NCBI GenBank assembly: GCA_003427395.1
Contig: BFEA01000033.1
Span: 3,822,924-3,874,223 of the forward strand
Source of the DNA: Chara braunii
Taxonomy: Eukaryota > Plantae > Charophyceae
Direction: 5' to 3'
Length of the DNA stretch: 51,300 bases
Each line of letters opens with the position of its first letter. Position 1 is the first letter of the stretch. Below, one piece after another: positions 11,703-23,700 of the stretch. The notes under the pieces are model-generated. The model made no database searches. It was not told the DNA's origin and worked only from the letters and a program-made list of their open reading frames with translations. A program made the translations under genes and the position numbers.

Positions 11703-12957
11703 GTGTTAAGAGCAATAAATGATTGGCATTGAGGTCGGTTGATGATTAGTGTTTGCATGGTGCGTTATCGTGATTTGAGGTTTTCTTGATTAATTGAATT
11801 GATGAATTTATTGACTGATTGATTGATTGGGTGTTGCGAGCATTTCATGGTTGGCGGTGTGGTCGGTTGATGATTTGTGTTTGCATGGTGAGTAGCACTG
11901 AGATTGTGAAAGTAGGTAGTTGGGATGAAACTTAGTAATTTGTTGTGTAGTCACCTGTCCCCCAATCAATAGATGGGTAATCGACTCCCACATGGTCAGT
12001 ATCCGCCCCATATCTTGGACCTTACCACAGAAGTATAGCGAACAGCGTATGATAACGTAAGATTATATAATATAAAACACGTGTAATTGTAGGACGCTTT
12101 GATCGGAAAGTTACTCCAATTTGCCATAACTGGCTCAACCTCTGTAAATCTCAGCGGGCTGTCTGATTAATCACCTAAGCAGGCGTTGTTGAAATGAATG
12201 CCTCGTACTGATTGATTGCTTGATTGTTTTCGATTGATGAATTGAGTGCTTGAAGCGACTTGGGAAGAAACCTCAGCGAGTCACTTAAGTCAATCAGGGG
12301 AAGAACCCGTGATTGGCTTGAGGAAACGAATCAATTAAAACACCCGATCAGTCACTGAAATCAATCACAGGCAATCAGGCAATCAATTCATCAATCGAAA
12401 GGAATCAATCTATCAATCACTGCCGTGGGAAGGAACCTCAGTGACAGGAAGAAACCCTGTTGTAGTTACTGCCCGATCGGGTGTTTAATTGATTTGATTC
12501 TGCACTTCTATACTGAGTGATTGCTTGATTGCTTTTGATTGATGAATTGATGGCTTGATTGCCTGTGATTGGCGTAAGTGGCTGATTGGCTGTTTAATTG
12601 ATTCGTTTCCACAAGCCAATCACGGCATTGCTTCTGATTGAAGAACCACGGATTGATTCTTATTGTGCGGACTGATTGGTTGACTGCTTCTGATTGATGA
12701 ATTGATTGATGAATTGATTGATGAATTGATTACTTCTGATTGATGAATTGATTGCTTGATTGCTTTTGATTGATTGCTTGATTGCTTGATTGCCTGTGAT
12801 TGACGTAAGTGGCTGATCGGTTGTTTAATTGATTTGTTTCCCCAAGCCAATCACGGTTTTATCAAAGAACCACCTGATTGAAGAATTTCGCTGCCTCTGA
12901 GATGAGAGTTAACTGGGCGAAACTTGTCAGATTGGAGGGGGAAAGAGGGGGAGGGGG

Positions 12958-12997
<40 letters not shown>

Positions 12998-15900
12998 GAA
13001 GAAAACTAGAAGGTAGATGCTACATTGGAGCATGTCTATTATTTAGGGAATAATGAGGTAGGTACTGACATTTACAATGCCGGTCGTTATATTGGTACCT
13101 GGCCGTACCTGGCCGGAAAGTTGCACAAGAAACAGCTATAATGACCGGGTGTTGCGGTTGGGGGCAAAAGGTCGAGCTATGGCTCGGTCAGTTTTGTGGA
13201 TGAAGTGCTCGTTCCGTAGCTTTTTGTTCTTTTGTTTTGTGTAAACAAGCTGATGTATCGTTTTTCTATTTTTTATTTGTTTTGGTGGCCAAAATGATAT
13301 CTGCAGGTCGTCTTGTGAGAAGTTTCCAGACAACGAGCTGCTGGGCCATCGCCCTAATCTTGACGGTCAGGTGAGTTTGGGATGACTTCGGCCCTTCGGG
13401 CTGCCTCTTCCATCGGTCACCAGATGTGCAAACTGAGAATGAATCTTCCGTTAGAAGTTAGAACATGAAAAGATACACGGCCAAATTTATTATTATTATT
13501 ATTATTATTATTTTTTTTTTTGTCGATCAGTCACCACATCTGTAAGATGAGCATGAGTTTTCGGTCAGAACTTGCGAAGCTACACGGCGGAAATCAGGCA
13601 CCAAATGCACTAAGTTTTTCTGGTACTTGCTAGATCTGTACCCCTCGCTTCGGTCTGGTGTATGGTGCATTCTGCATCTGTGTAATGCCTCTCTCTAATT
13701 CTCTCTCGCATGACTCGACTTGTTTCTGACCTGAATTGAACCCCTTTTGTATACTTAGTAGCCCTTGATTTGTACCTCCTGGAGTGATACGATGGGTATG
13801 GGCTGTACCTCCTGGAGTGATACGATGGGTATGGGCTGTACCTCCTGGAGTGATGCGATGGGTATGGGCAGGACGACAAGGGATCACCTGCCTGGAACAC
13901 TGCTGTATCACAGAACAGACAGCATTGGCCTTTTGCAAGGTCACACACCTGTAATTGTCAGGGNTGGCTTCGCCAGGACGACAAGGGATCACCTGCCTGG
14001 AACACTGCTGTATCACAGAACAGACAGCATTGGCCTTTTGCAAGGTCACACACCTGTAAGCATTTGTCAGGATTGAAAGGGGGTACCAATCAAGACGGGT
14101 TCTACAGTTTTGTCCTTTTTTTAAAGCAGTAGTTAATCCTGTGCCTGATCATTACCAAGTCTTCTCTGTGCCGCCCATTAGCAGCATTCACCTAAGCCCA
14201 TCACGATTCAAACTGGCTATCTGGTTGCTAAAAACTGCACCTGGGCAGTCAAATGCATGGTGGTGCAGGCATGTGGAAATGAATGACGCAAGATAAATAA
14301 GATTTGAATCAGTCAAATGCATGGCGGTGCAGGCTGCCTGAATAAATGGCTCTGGGTATTCTGCAAAGTTCCATAACCTGTACTGGGCCCCACCGGGTGA
14401 GGAATGTTGCAGGCTTGCGTGTCTGGGGCACAGGGGCAGGGCACTAAAGTGTGCAGCCAGCCCTCTGATAGGGCACAAAATTGTGCAGCCAGTCCTCTGA
14501 TAGGGTATTACCGTATTACGCAACGGCAGAACCATGAACGGACGTGCCACTCTACCCGCGGCTGTTTGGGGAATTGAGGATTTCGGCCAACTTTGAGGGG
14601 CGAAACATGGAATTTCCGCTAAGTTTTTGTGGTTAATTCTGTTTTCTCACTTGGGGCACTCAACCAGTCTGCATGTTTAGTGTGAAAATCATCAGTTCCG
14701 AAAAAAAGTACAAGAAAAAGTAAGCTGCTTGGTGTTTTTGCCACAGGATATAACCTTACTTGCAAGCGTGCAGTGCGGTCCGCTGTGTGTCTTGCATTGT
14801 GGTGCAACTGGTCCTCGTGCAGTGCACTTTTGTGTGTGGAGTAGTGTTGGAACCCCGTCCTTTTTTCGCTTCTGGGGTGTAGCAAGAAGAGTTCATGATT
14901 TTCCAGCATTGCTCTTACTCATATATATCAATAAGGGGAAGAGAGAGGAGGGGGAGAGGAGGTGGAGGACAGGACGGCGACCAGGAGGGTACTCAGGAGA
15001 GGAGCGAGGAGGGTAGGATGCTAAATAAATCCTTTGCAATTTGCTGCCACTGGTATATCAGTCTTCAATAAGAGGAGGAGAGGAGAACAGGAAGGACGAA
15101 GTGGGGGGATTTCAAGAGGAGAAGAAGACGAGGATTGTGAAAGGTAAGATGTAGAAGAGAGGTGGTGGTCAGCTCGGCAGCCATAGGTGGTGGCTCGTGG
15201 CTCCAGCATTGGGTGAAGGAGAATGTCGATGACGAAGCACTAACGGGTGGCCACGGTGGCTCCAGCATTGGGCGAAGGAGAATGTCGATGGCGAAGCACA
15301 AAGGCAGGGGAAGATGCGGCACTGCAGAAGACCTACAAGACACAACCCCACCCTTCTTTGAAGTGTTTTTTTTTTTTTTCAAGCACGGCCTGCTGTAGTT
15401 CTTTTTTCGGGGCCTCTACCGATTTTTCCAAGGGGGCATGGGTTACATCACAAGAGGACCTGCGCTCCTTTTGGTTCTGTGAGAGGTGGATATGGAGGAA
15501 GATTTTATGTAAGGGAAATATCTTCTGTCGCATTGACCTTGGAGGCAGACGAGCTGGGAAAGGTTTTAATAATATTAGTATGACCTACCTGGGAGGGGTG
15601 GGTACACTGCTGGCTGACCTGAGTGGTTTAAAGGAGCTGGCATACTCAAGCTTGGATCATCTCACACCAGGACTTCCATGGATGCATTTGATTGCAGTTA
15701 CTGGTTGTCCTCAATGTATCTTTGACCACTATCACCTCTATAGATCAGTCGAAAAAGTGGTCTTGTGAGAGTCGAACTGACTCGTTGGGAGTTGGGGCAA
15801 GGTTGGGGTGCAGACTGGTCCTCTGGCTTCCCCCAGTAGCTGTTCAAGTTATCTGTGCGTGATGGTCACTGTATGAAAATTGCATTGATTCAGAGGAATG

Positions 15901-17665
15901 GGTGCATGTGGGATGATTATGCAGGCTCAACCATATGTGTGGAAGACATACAAGGAGGCGAAAGCCATTGTGGATGCTGTCGGCTCGGCCTTTATTCACA
16001 TTGGGAAGAAATCAGTAAGTGGTATTGTGTGACCTGTGTGCCTGTGGGTTGCGTAACATCTTTCCTTTTTCCAACGTTCACTCTTGCTGGCATGTCTGTC
16101 ATGCTGTTCTCTAACACTTACTTCAGAAATTCATTCTGCAAGGGTCCGAAAAAGCGAATGGGAATGAGACGGACACAACTTATTCAACGCCGTTGAAGAT
16201 ACTCGTAGTGAAGAACTCGCTGCAAAGACTCAGGTTGCTTTGGCCTGCTGGATGCTTGGAATGAATTTCCCCCAGTTTATCTGCAGTACTGCAGCCTTGG
16301 AGATTCTTGAATGGTGGTACAGGTGAGGGTGATTTGAGAGACATGGACGCGAGGCAGAGGTGGTGAATTTTTATTGGGGGTTTATATGATGCCTGGCAAT
16401 ATGTCATTGTGTGGAGACCTAGTGGGGGGCAATATGTCATTGTGTGAATGGCTTCCTCATGTCCATAGGTACTGGTGCAGTCACTACCCCCTATTGATTT
16501 TGACGGTTTCATTCTGTTAATAGGGGTTGGTTACTCCCTGTTAATTTTGGCAGTTTGTTGTGTTAATAGGGGTTGGTGACAGGTACCACTCCCTCCCAAA
16601 TTGACAGAATTATGCACCTTCGGTACACAGGAGAGTGGCTGAGAGTCGGGATGTACTTGTGTATGCGTCCATCGGTTTCCCTGGTTCCTGTACCTTAATG
16701 GGCTGTGATTTTGGGGTCCGGGTCTGAGTTTGGGCCTTAATGGGCTGTGATTTGGTGGTCCGGATGCTGTGGAAGAGGTCTGTTCCTGGATCTAATCTTC
16801 TTATACAACCCAACCAAACCTTGCCTAAGTATGCCAAATGAGTAGGCGCTGTCATTCAAATTATATTGAAATCCTGGCCGTTGATAAAGGCATCCTGCTA
16901 ACTACGCATGTTTGATTTGTTTTTAGCTCTAAGAAAAGTGACAGAATGCAGCCCACATTCCGTCAATTACTTGGAGCCTTCCATATTTTGAGTCGTCGTC
17001 CTAATTTTGCTTCCCACTTTTTGTCTTTTCTTGACAGAATGCAGCCCACATTCCGTCAATTACTTGGAGCCTTCCATATTTTGAGTTGTCGTCCTAATTT
17101 TGCTTCCCACTTTTTGTCTTTTCTTTTCTTCAGGGGCAAACAATTGGAATCTATGGAGCGAATTCACCGGAATGGGTTATGGCAATGGAGGTAAGAGGAT
17201 AAAATCACATAGATGTGAAGGAAATGCTGATTTGCTTATTGATTTACTTCATGCAGTTGTTGATTTACATGAGGCAGTGGTGGACCCATATTGACTTGTA
17301 TACCCGTCTTTGAGTGCGCTTCTTTGAGTGCGCTTTCTGAGTGCGACTGCTGAAAGCGTGTAGGAGGTATGCCTCTAAAATATGTTTGTGGATGTCTCCA
17401 ATGTGCATGTCAAAAGTTGTAGTGGCTTATTACCTCTTGTGAACTGCGGGATGACCAGTTCGTATGCAGGTCTAGGCTGTGCGATTTGAGTTGGTAGTGG
17501 ACTTGGACATTGTATCAGAGTTTCTTCAGGGGTATTCTGTGTTGTCCTGCAGACCTGGTCAGAGCGTCCTTGTACTGTGGTTGATGTCTAGCCAGCATGA
17601 ACTGAAGTGCTACGGAGAGCTGCCTTGGCTTCTTCCTTGGACACAAACCCCTTCGTCATGACTGT

Positions 17666-17731
<66 letters not shown>

Positions 17732-20700
17732 ATCTTGGGGGCATGCTGGTACGGTGTGCAGGTGCAGCTTGTTCATGCGATTGGCTACAAGCTGTGGTTG
17801 TATGAAGTCACACGTGCCAGGTCGTGTGTTGGAAACTAAGTTAAGTTAGTAAAAATTGATGGCAGGATTTCACTGGCCTTCCATCACAGGCTGGTGGTGT
17901 TTTCTATTTCCTTGTCCTTTAATTGTCACGCTGGCTCTAAATGTCTCTGTGGAAAAGAAATCTACCTGAGGTTTACTGTGCTTCAGCATCTTCATGAGGG
18001 AGGGTGATTGGGGTAGTGTGAGTAAGCACGTCAATTCCTATTACATTATTCAGTCTTGTATGAGTGAGAATGTCAATTAAGATGACATGATCCAGCACAG
18101 TTTTTGACAACATTGGGAGTGCTTTGTGTTTCTTTCCCCCCCCCNCCCCCCTCCCGCCCCAATTGTTTTGTTGTCTGGTCTAGATGACGAGAGTCAGTTT
18201 GGTCTGAATTTGCTCTTGAGACAGTTGTCATGCTCATGCGTTTTCGTTTCTTGTTGGTTTGTGCCCTTGGCAGGCAGTTTCCAGGCAGAACTTAATAGGC
18301 GTGCCTCTGTATGACTCGCTCGGTGAGTGTGTGGTTGTACCTGTGCAAATGAACAGCTTAGTGTGTGGTTGAATTGCGTATTCTTTAGAGGTTATCCTGC
18401 TGGATTAACTGGTTTTGCGCATCTTCTTTGGGATCTTGGCCTGCCCTTTGTGTGTTGGAACGTAGTATACTGATGACTGCTGGCATTGGAAACAGGCTAT
18501 ACTGCCTTGGTGGCCCATCACCTATTTTCTCCACTCTCTTCTCAAATCTCATACACGATTCACTGGCACACCAAGAATCAAAAGCAGAGAAACCGCCTCG
18601 AAGAACAGCATCCCAGTTTTTCTCTCCCCTCTTCTACTACAGCATTGCCTCCAGCCTGTCAATGTTCAGTAACTGGTCTTCTGACTTCATTGCCCCTGGT
18701 TGGCCAGTGCTGCTCCCTCACCATAGCTCAGTACCCGCAGCTGCAAGCCGGCACAAGTGCACGCGTCTCTCATGCGGTTGTCAAATGAGCTCAAGTGCAT
18801 TCTCTTCGACCCAGCATGGGAAAGGCAGGCCCAAAGTCAAAGTGAACCCCGTAGTCAGCCTTGGCCATAGATCAGATGCACATCAATGGTTGTCTTCAGG
18901 TAGCCAGAAGATTCCAGTCCTGACTGGGAAAAGGTACCGCTGCTTCACGCTGCATCCTTGCCGTCAAGATCTGGAAAATCTGAAGTGTCGACACGGTCCA
19001 AGGGGAGACTGGTCCACCCCAGTCAATGCTGGTCAATGTTACATGAGGTCAGCCAGACCACTGGGGAAGGCATTCTGCCTTGCGCCGACTTCATTCTACC
19101 TTCTTAACCGGAAAGAAACGTACGTACGTTCGAATTACCTTTGAAAATCAGACTTTTAGAAATCGCTCTTTCTTTTTTCCGAATAGAACGTATGGGCAAA
19201 TACAGCGTATAAGTCGTACACATGTATTCAAGTTTTTGCAATTTTTCTTTTTTTAAAATATTCAGAAAAATCCGACAAAAAAAATGTTGTACAACATTGC
19301 AATACAAACAACTTTTGCCTGAGGGTCTTGGCGAAATTCACAACCAAATTCAAAGGGGGGAAAAACGAGGATAAAAATATTTTTTACGGCAGGGACCTTC
19401 CTTTCACTGCTTTTTTCAGAACTTCGATTTTCAAAAAACTTTTAAGAAATCCAAACAACTTTTGCCTGAGGGTCCTGGCGAAATTCCTAGCCGAATTTGA
19501 GATTAAAAAAAAACAGTAGTGGTACTATAGGCTTCGGAAAAGTTGTACCCTAGAACTCGTTGTATAACGTACGTACGTTGTATTCGAACACAGCGGACTC
19601 CCTACGTTGTATTCGTATACAACGTACGTACGCTTTTTTCGGGTTAAGGAGGTAGTGCTGGTATTCAAGGCTGCTGGAGTGTGATGCTGGCACCAGATGT
19701 TGCTGGTGGGCACCAGTTTAGAGGGAGATTTATGTTGGCACGGCCATGGCTGCCATAGCTGTAGACTAGGTGATGGGGATTGATGGGAAGGAGGAGATAA
19801 GGTCAGCCAGACCACAGTGGAAGGCATTCTACCTTGTGCTTACTTGATGCTAGTGCTGGTATGCAAGGCAGCTGGAGTGTGATGCTGGCACCAGATGTTG
19901 CTGGTGGGTGCCAGCTTAGAGGGAGGTTTATGTTGGCACGGCCTAGCCACCATAGCTGCAGACTAGGTGATGGGGATTGGCAGGGAGGAGGATCAGGGCT
20001 GTGGGACTGATGGGAGATGAGGAGAACTTATCTGGACTTACCTGGTGCGTCTGAACTGCTGCTTGTCTCCACGAAGGTGAGGAATTGCTGCGCCATCCTC
20101 CACATCTTATTGCTGATGTGGAAGGAGGAATGGCGCTCTGTAATGATCTGCACAGCGATTATGATAGAGGACGACAGTGGGAACATGCATTGCTGAGGTG
20201 GTGATAGGGGAGAAGCCTGAAGTGGAAGTGGGAGAGAGTCTTTCTCTTCTCTTAATGAGACGGTGCTCCTGAATTGTGCATATGATCGAGACATGGACTT
20301 GTAATTGATTTCGGAGACTTAACGAGGTGCACTGGGTTCAAGACTTCTCTTGCATTGCTGACTGGCTGCTCAAAGAGACTGGGTTCATTACAATATTCTT
20401 GGTGTCTGGCAAAATAATTTTATCGTGTCCTGGCAGCGGAAATCGCAGAAAGGGCAGTTGTCCAAACCAACAGAACTGAAATATTTATGGTACAACTCAC
20501 GGGCGGCCGCAAAACCGTGGGTGCTTGCACATATTCCTACATGTTTTGGACACCTTGGAGAGGGAGGGTCTGGTTGAGAAATTTTCTGTATTGTGTGAGT
20601 TACTTCTGGCTTGTTCTGGCGTACCAGCCCTTACTGAGTGCGTGTTCTTAGCTTCTCAGTCGCCTTCCAATCCTGGTGGGTCTTGTGGTGTTTGTGTTTG

Positions 20701-23700
20701 CACAGGTCCGGATGCAGTTCAGTTCATCATTAATCATGCTGGTGTGACCACGGCAGTCGTGCAGAAGATTAAGATGCCTGTGGTGAGTTTCTGTCAACTG
20801 AAATGTAAGAGTTCTTCTTATGCTGCTTGTACACTGTTTGTGTAACCATGTGGATGGCACAAGGGGCTGCCTGAAAGTTATTGTAGACGGTCTCAGATGG
20901 CTGACCCTTTGTGAAACAAACTGGATTTCTTGTGAACATCCGCCTACTGTTTTCACCCGAATAGAATGCCCAGTCATTATTGCTGTATCTATACTGAAAG
21001 TTGCACCGCATACGTCTGTAATGACCGGGCGTTCTATTCGGGTGAAGCCGGCAGTGGCACCGATCGCCTGTAAGGCAAACCTAATCCGTGAGGGCTGGTG
21101 ATACCCCATGAGCGTGGCTGTCCTGGAAATCATTTCAATGAGAAGTGGCGTTCCCTCTGATCTTGGCATGGGGATTGGAGGGGGAAACTGGAGGTGATGA
21201 GCTGAATACATGTGGCGCTGGTGTTTGATAGTTATTGGCATTCTGTGTGCGAGTCTCACAAGAACCATTGTAGGGGGTGAGATGTCATTGATCCGGTGAC
21301 CATCTTATGAACCGAAAGATATTGAGTTCTTCTGATCATTCGAGATGTTTATGTGACTTATATGTAGCCTTCCTAACTCCCTTTTCTTTCTTCACCACAT
21401 CTTTCCTTTCTGTCTCCTCTTACCCTGTCTACCTCTACTCTCTCTCTTGCTGTTATTGGACATGGGTGTAGGTGCCTTGTGGCGAACTACACCATCGTGA
21501 CAGTCCTTAGACCTGAGAGGCACAGTCAAGGGAGAGGTGAAACAGGAAATAAAACAGAAACTGTCCCCACCAAGAACAAGAAAAAGATAGACCTGTACCG
21601 AAGAAGTGAACAGGACTGGTTTCAGTGTGCTCATGCTGTCTGCTACTTTTCTTCCTATGTTGTAAATCAGTACCTTGTAGTCGTCTGGTTGTGAATTGAC
21701 AGATCATTTGAGGAAATTCTACGAAGGCCCCTCTGACTGGAGAGGATGCTGTTTGTGGCCAAGGACGCTATGGTTGTTATGGCGTGCAACGAGCATGCTA
21801 TTTTTGTGGGTATGCTGATTGTTTTGTGGGTATGCTGATTTTTTCGTGGGTATGGCCAATGGCAGCCGTTGGGTGACTGTAGCACCACAAGTTCCCGAGC
21901 TGGTTTGCCCTGTCGTCATCCATTCCATCCTTTGTATGCCTGCCCCACTCCATGGGTGGCAACTGCATAGTTATTTCAGATCGGCATGTGAGCAATTCCC
22001 ACTTAAAAACAACTGTGGGGAACCTTGCGGCCGAGAAATTATAATGGATGGTCATAGAGGTTATCACGGAGAATAAAGTACTCCGCATCGTCACGGAGAA
22101 TTCAATTTACACTTGTAAAGTGGCAGCCTATCAATCCCGTAATGTCGTTCAAATTGATTCAATCCATTTGAGTTGGAGAAGGGGAATAATAAGGAACAAG
22201 CAAGGAGGGAAATAGGTGAAGAAATTTCGGTTCTGCCATTTTATCCCATTTTATTCGTCTTGCCGGCCGTCCTTTTTATGATTTAACTGAGTTGTTGTTT
22301 GATGCGTCTGCAGGCAAGCAGGACTTCTGTCCTTTTGTTTCTCTTTTTGTAGGCTTCCTTACATTTCAAATCCGTTGTTTTTTTGTTCTACTGTGTTGCT
22401 GGTGCCTTTCACAGTTTTTGGATGTCATTCCAAAATGCGGAGGCAGTCTGAAATGTGAGTGGAAGATGGAAACTGAGCTAGTCATTTCCCCGACTGTTGT
22501 AAGAATTTTCATTTTTGTGTAATCTGCCCCAGTGATGCATGTTTCATGTTGGAAAGAGGGAAAATAAATATTCAAATAAAATGTATAAGTCAAGCTGTGT
22601 AGCTTTGTCTCAGAGTCGGGGAAATATGATACTCCAGAAGGTACATCTTCTCTAGTTTTGAGTTGGTAGTTCTTTTTCTGTAGGTGTTTCGTTTCCTGGC
22701 TCTTCTATTTACAGTGTATTTAGTTTAAGTCGACATTTTTAACAGAGTACATAAAAATGAAATGTTAATGTGAAGAGGGTTCTTATGTGGAGGGGCGTGT
22801 TGTGAGGGTAGATGACCAGTGAGGATCCTTCGTTCTCAAAAGACATGTGTTCAGATTGGCTGAGACACCTCTACCAGTTGAGGCCCATTTTTCTGTTTTT
22901 CTGTTTCTTCTTTCCTAAAATTAAACTGGCTACCCCTTTTTGTACCTGAGTCCATCAGGATTTGAACTCAGCCAATGGTTCTTCATATGTACTCTTCACT
23001 GTAGTATTCAGCACAATGAGGTGGGTGATAAGTAGTTTTTCACTTTTCCATTGATGTGAGTAAGTAGTGGTTTGCTTTATCCATTGAAGTCAGTTGTGTG
23101 TGTTTTGTTGATAGCAAGTGTTGTTTTCAGGATTCTCCAGACATGTTGCCCCTGGTCTAGGCTGCGCATAGCCTGAGTGGTGTGTAATTCAGTCTCGCTG
23201 ATGTTTTGCCCTTGTGCCCACAGGTGTAGGGAGGCGTGTCAAAGAGTGAGCTTTGTCCCTCCATGACACATGCACGAGCGAACCTGCCCCTAGTAGCCGT
23301 TTTAGGGGCTGGTGTTTAAATGTCTGCTTTGTTAAGCATGAGCAGAATCTTTACCGTATGGTCCAGTGGAGTTTGTGGGGTTGGCATGGTCTGGTTGCAT
23401 CATGCAGTGGAGAGCGTGAGCCTGGATTGGACAGTGGAATTGGATCTGTTGTGGCTGGTGAATTTCACCGGACTCTTTGGTTCACTTATACCTGGTACTG
23501 TTGTCTTATGTTCTTTGTGGTTTGATATGCATGTATCTATTGGCCCTATCATGGGGATGCATGCGTTTCGTAGCTGCAGTGTTGGGCTATGTGGCAAACG
23601 TGCATGGATTTGTTGGTATAATTTTTGGCCACGCCATTCTTAGTGAATAACAGTATGTTACGGAGAGTTGATGAATGCTGGATTGACTTTTTGGTGTGGC

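Noticed and set aside
18428-19144. 238-aa ORF in intron 5
   Set aside because: No recognisable motif, TTG start, runs into the TTAA element; LACS is complete without it
21700-21795. LINE ORF2 remnant (TLWLLWRA)
   Set aside because: Too short to support without a database search
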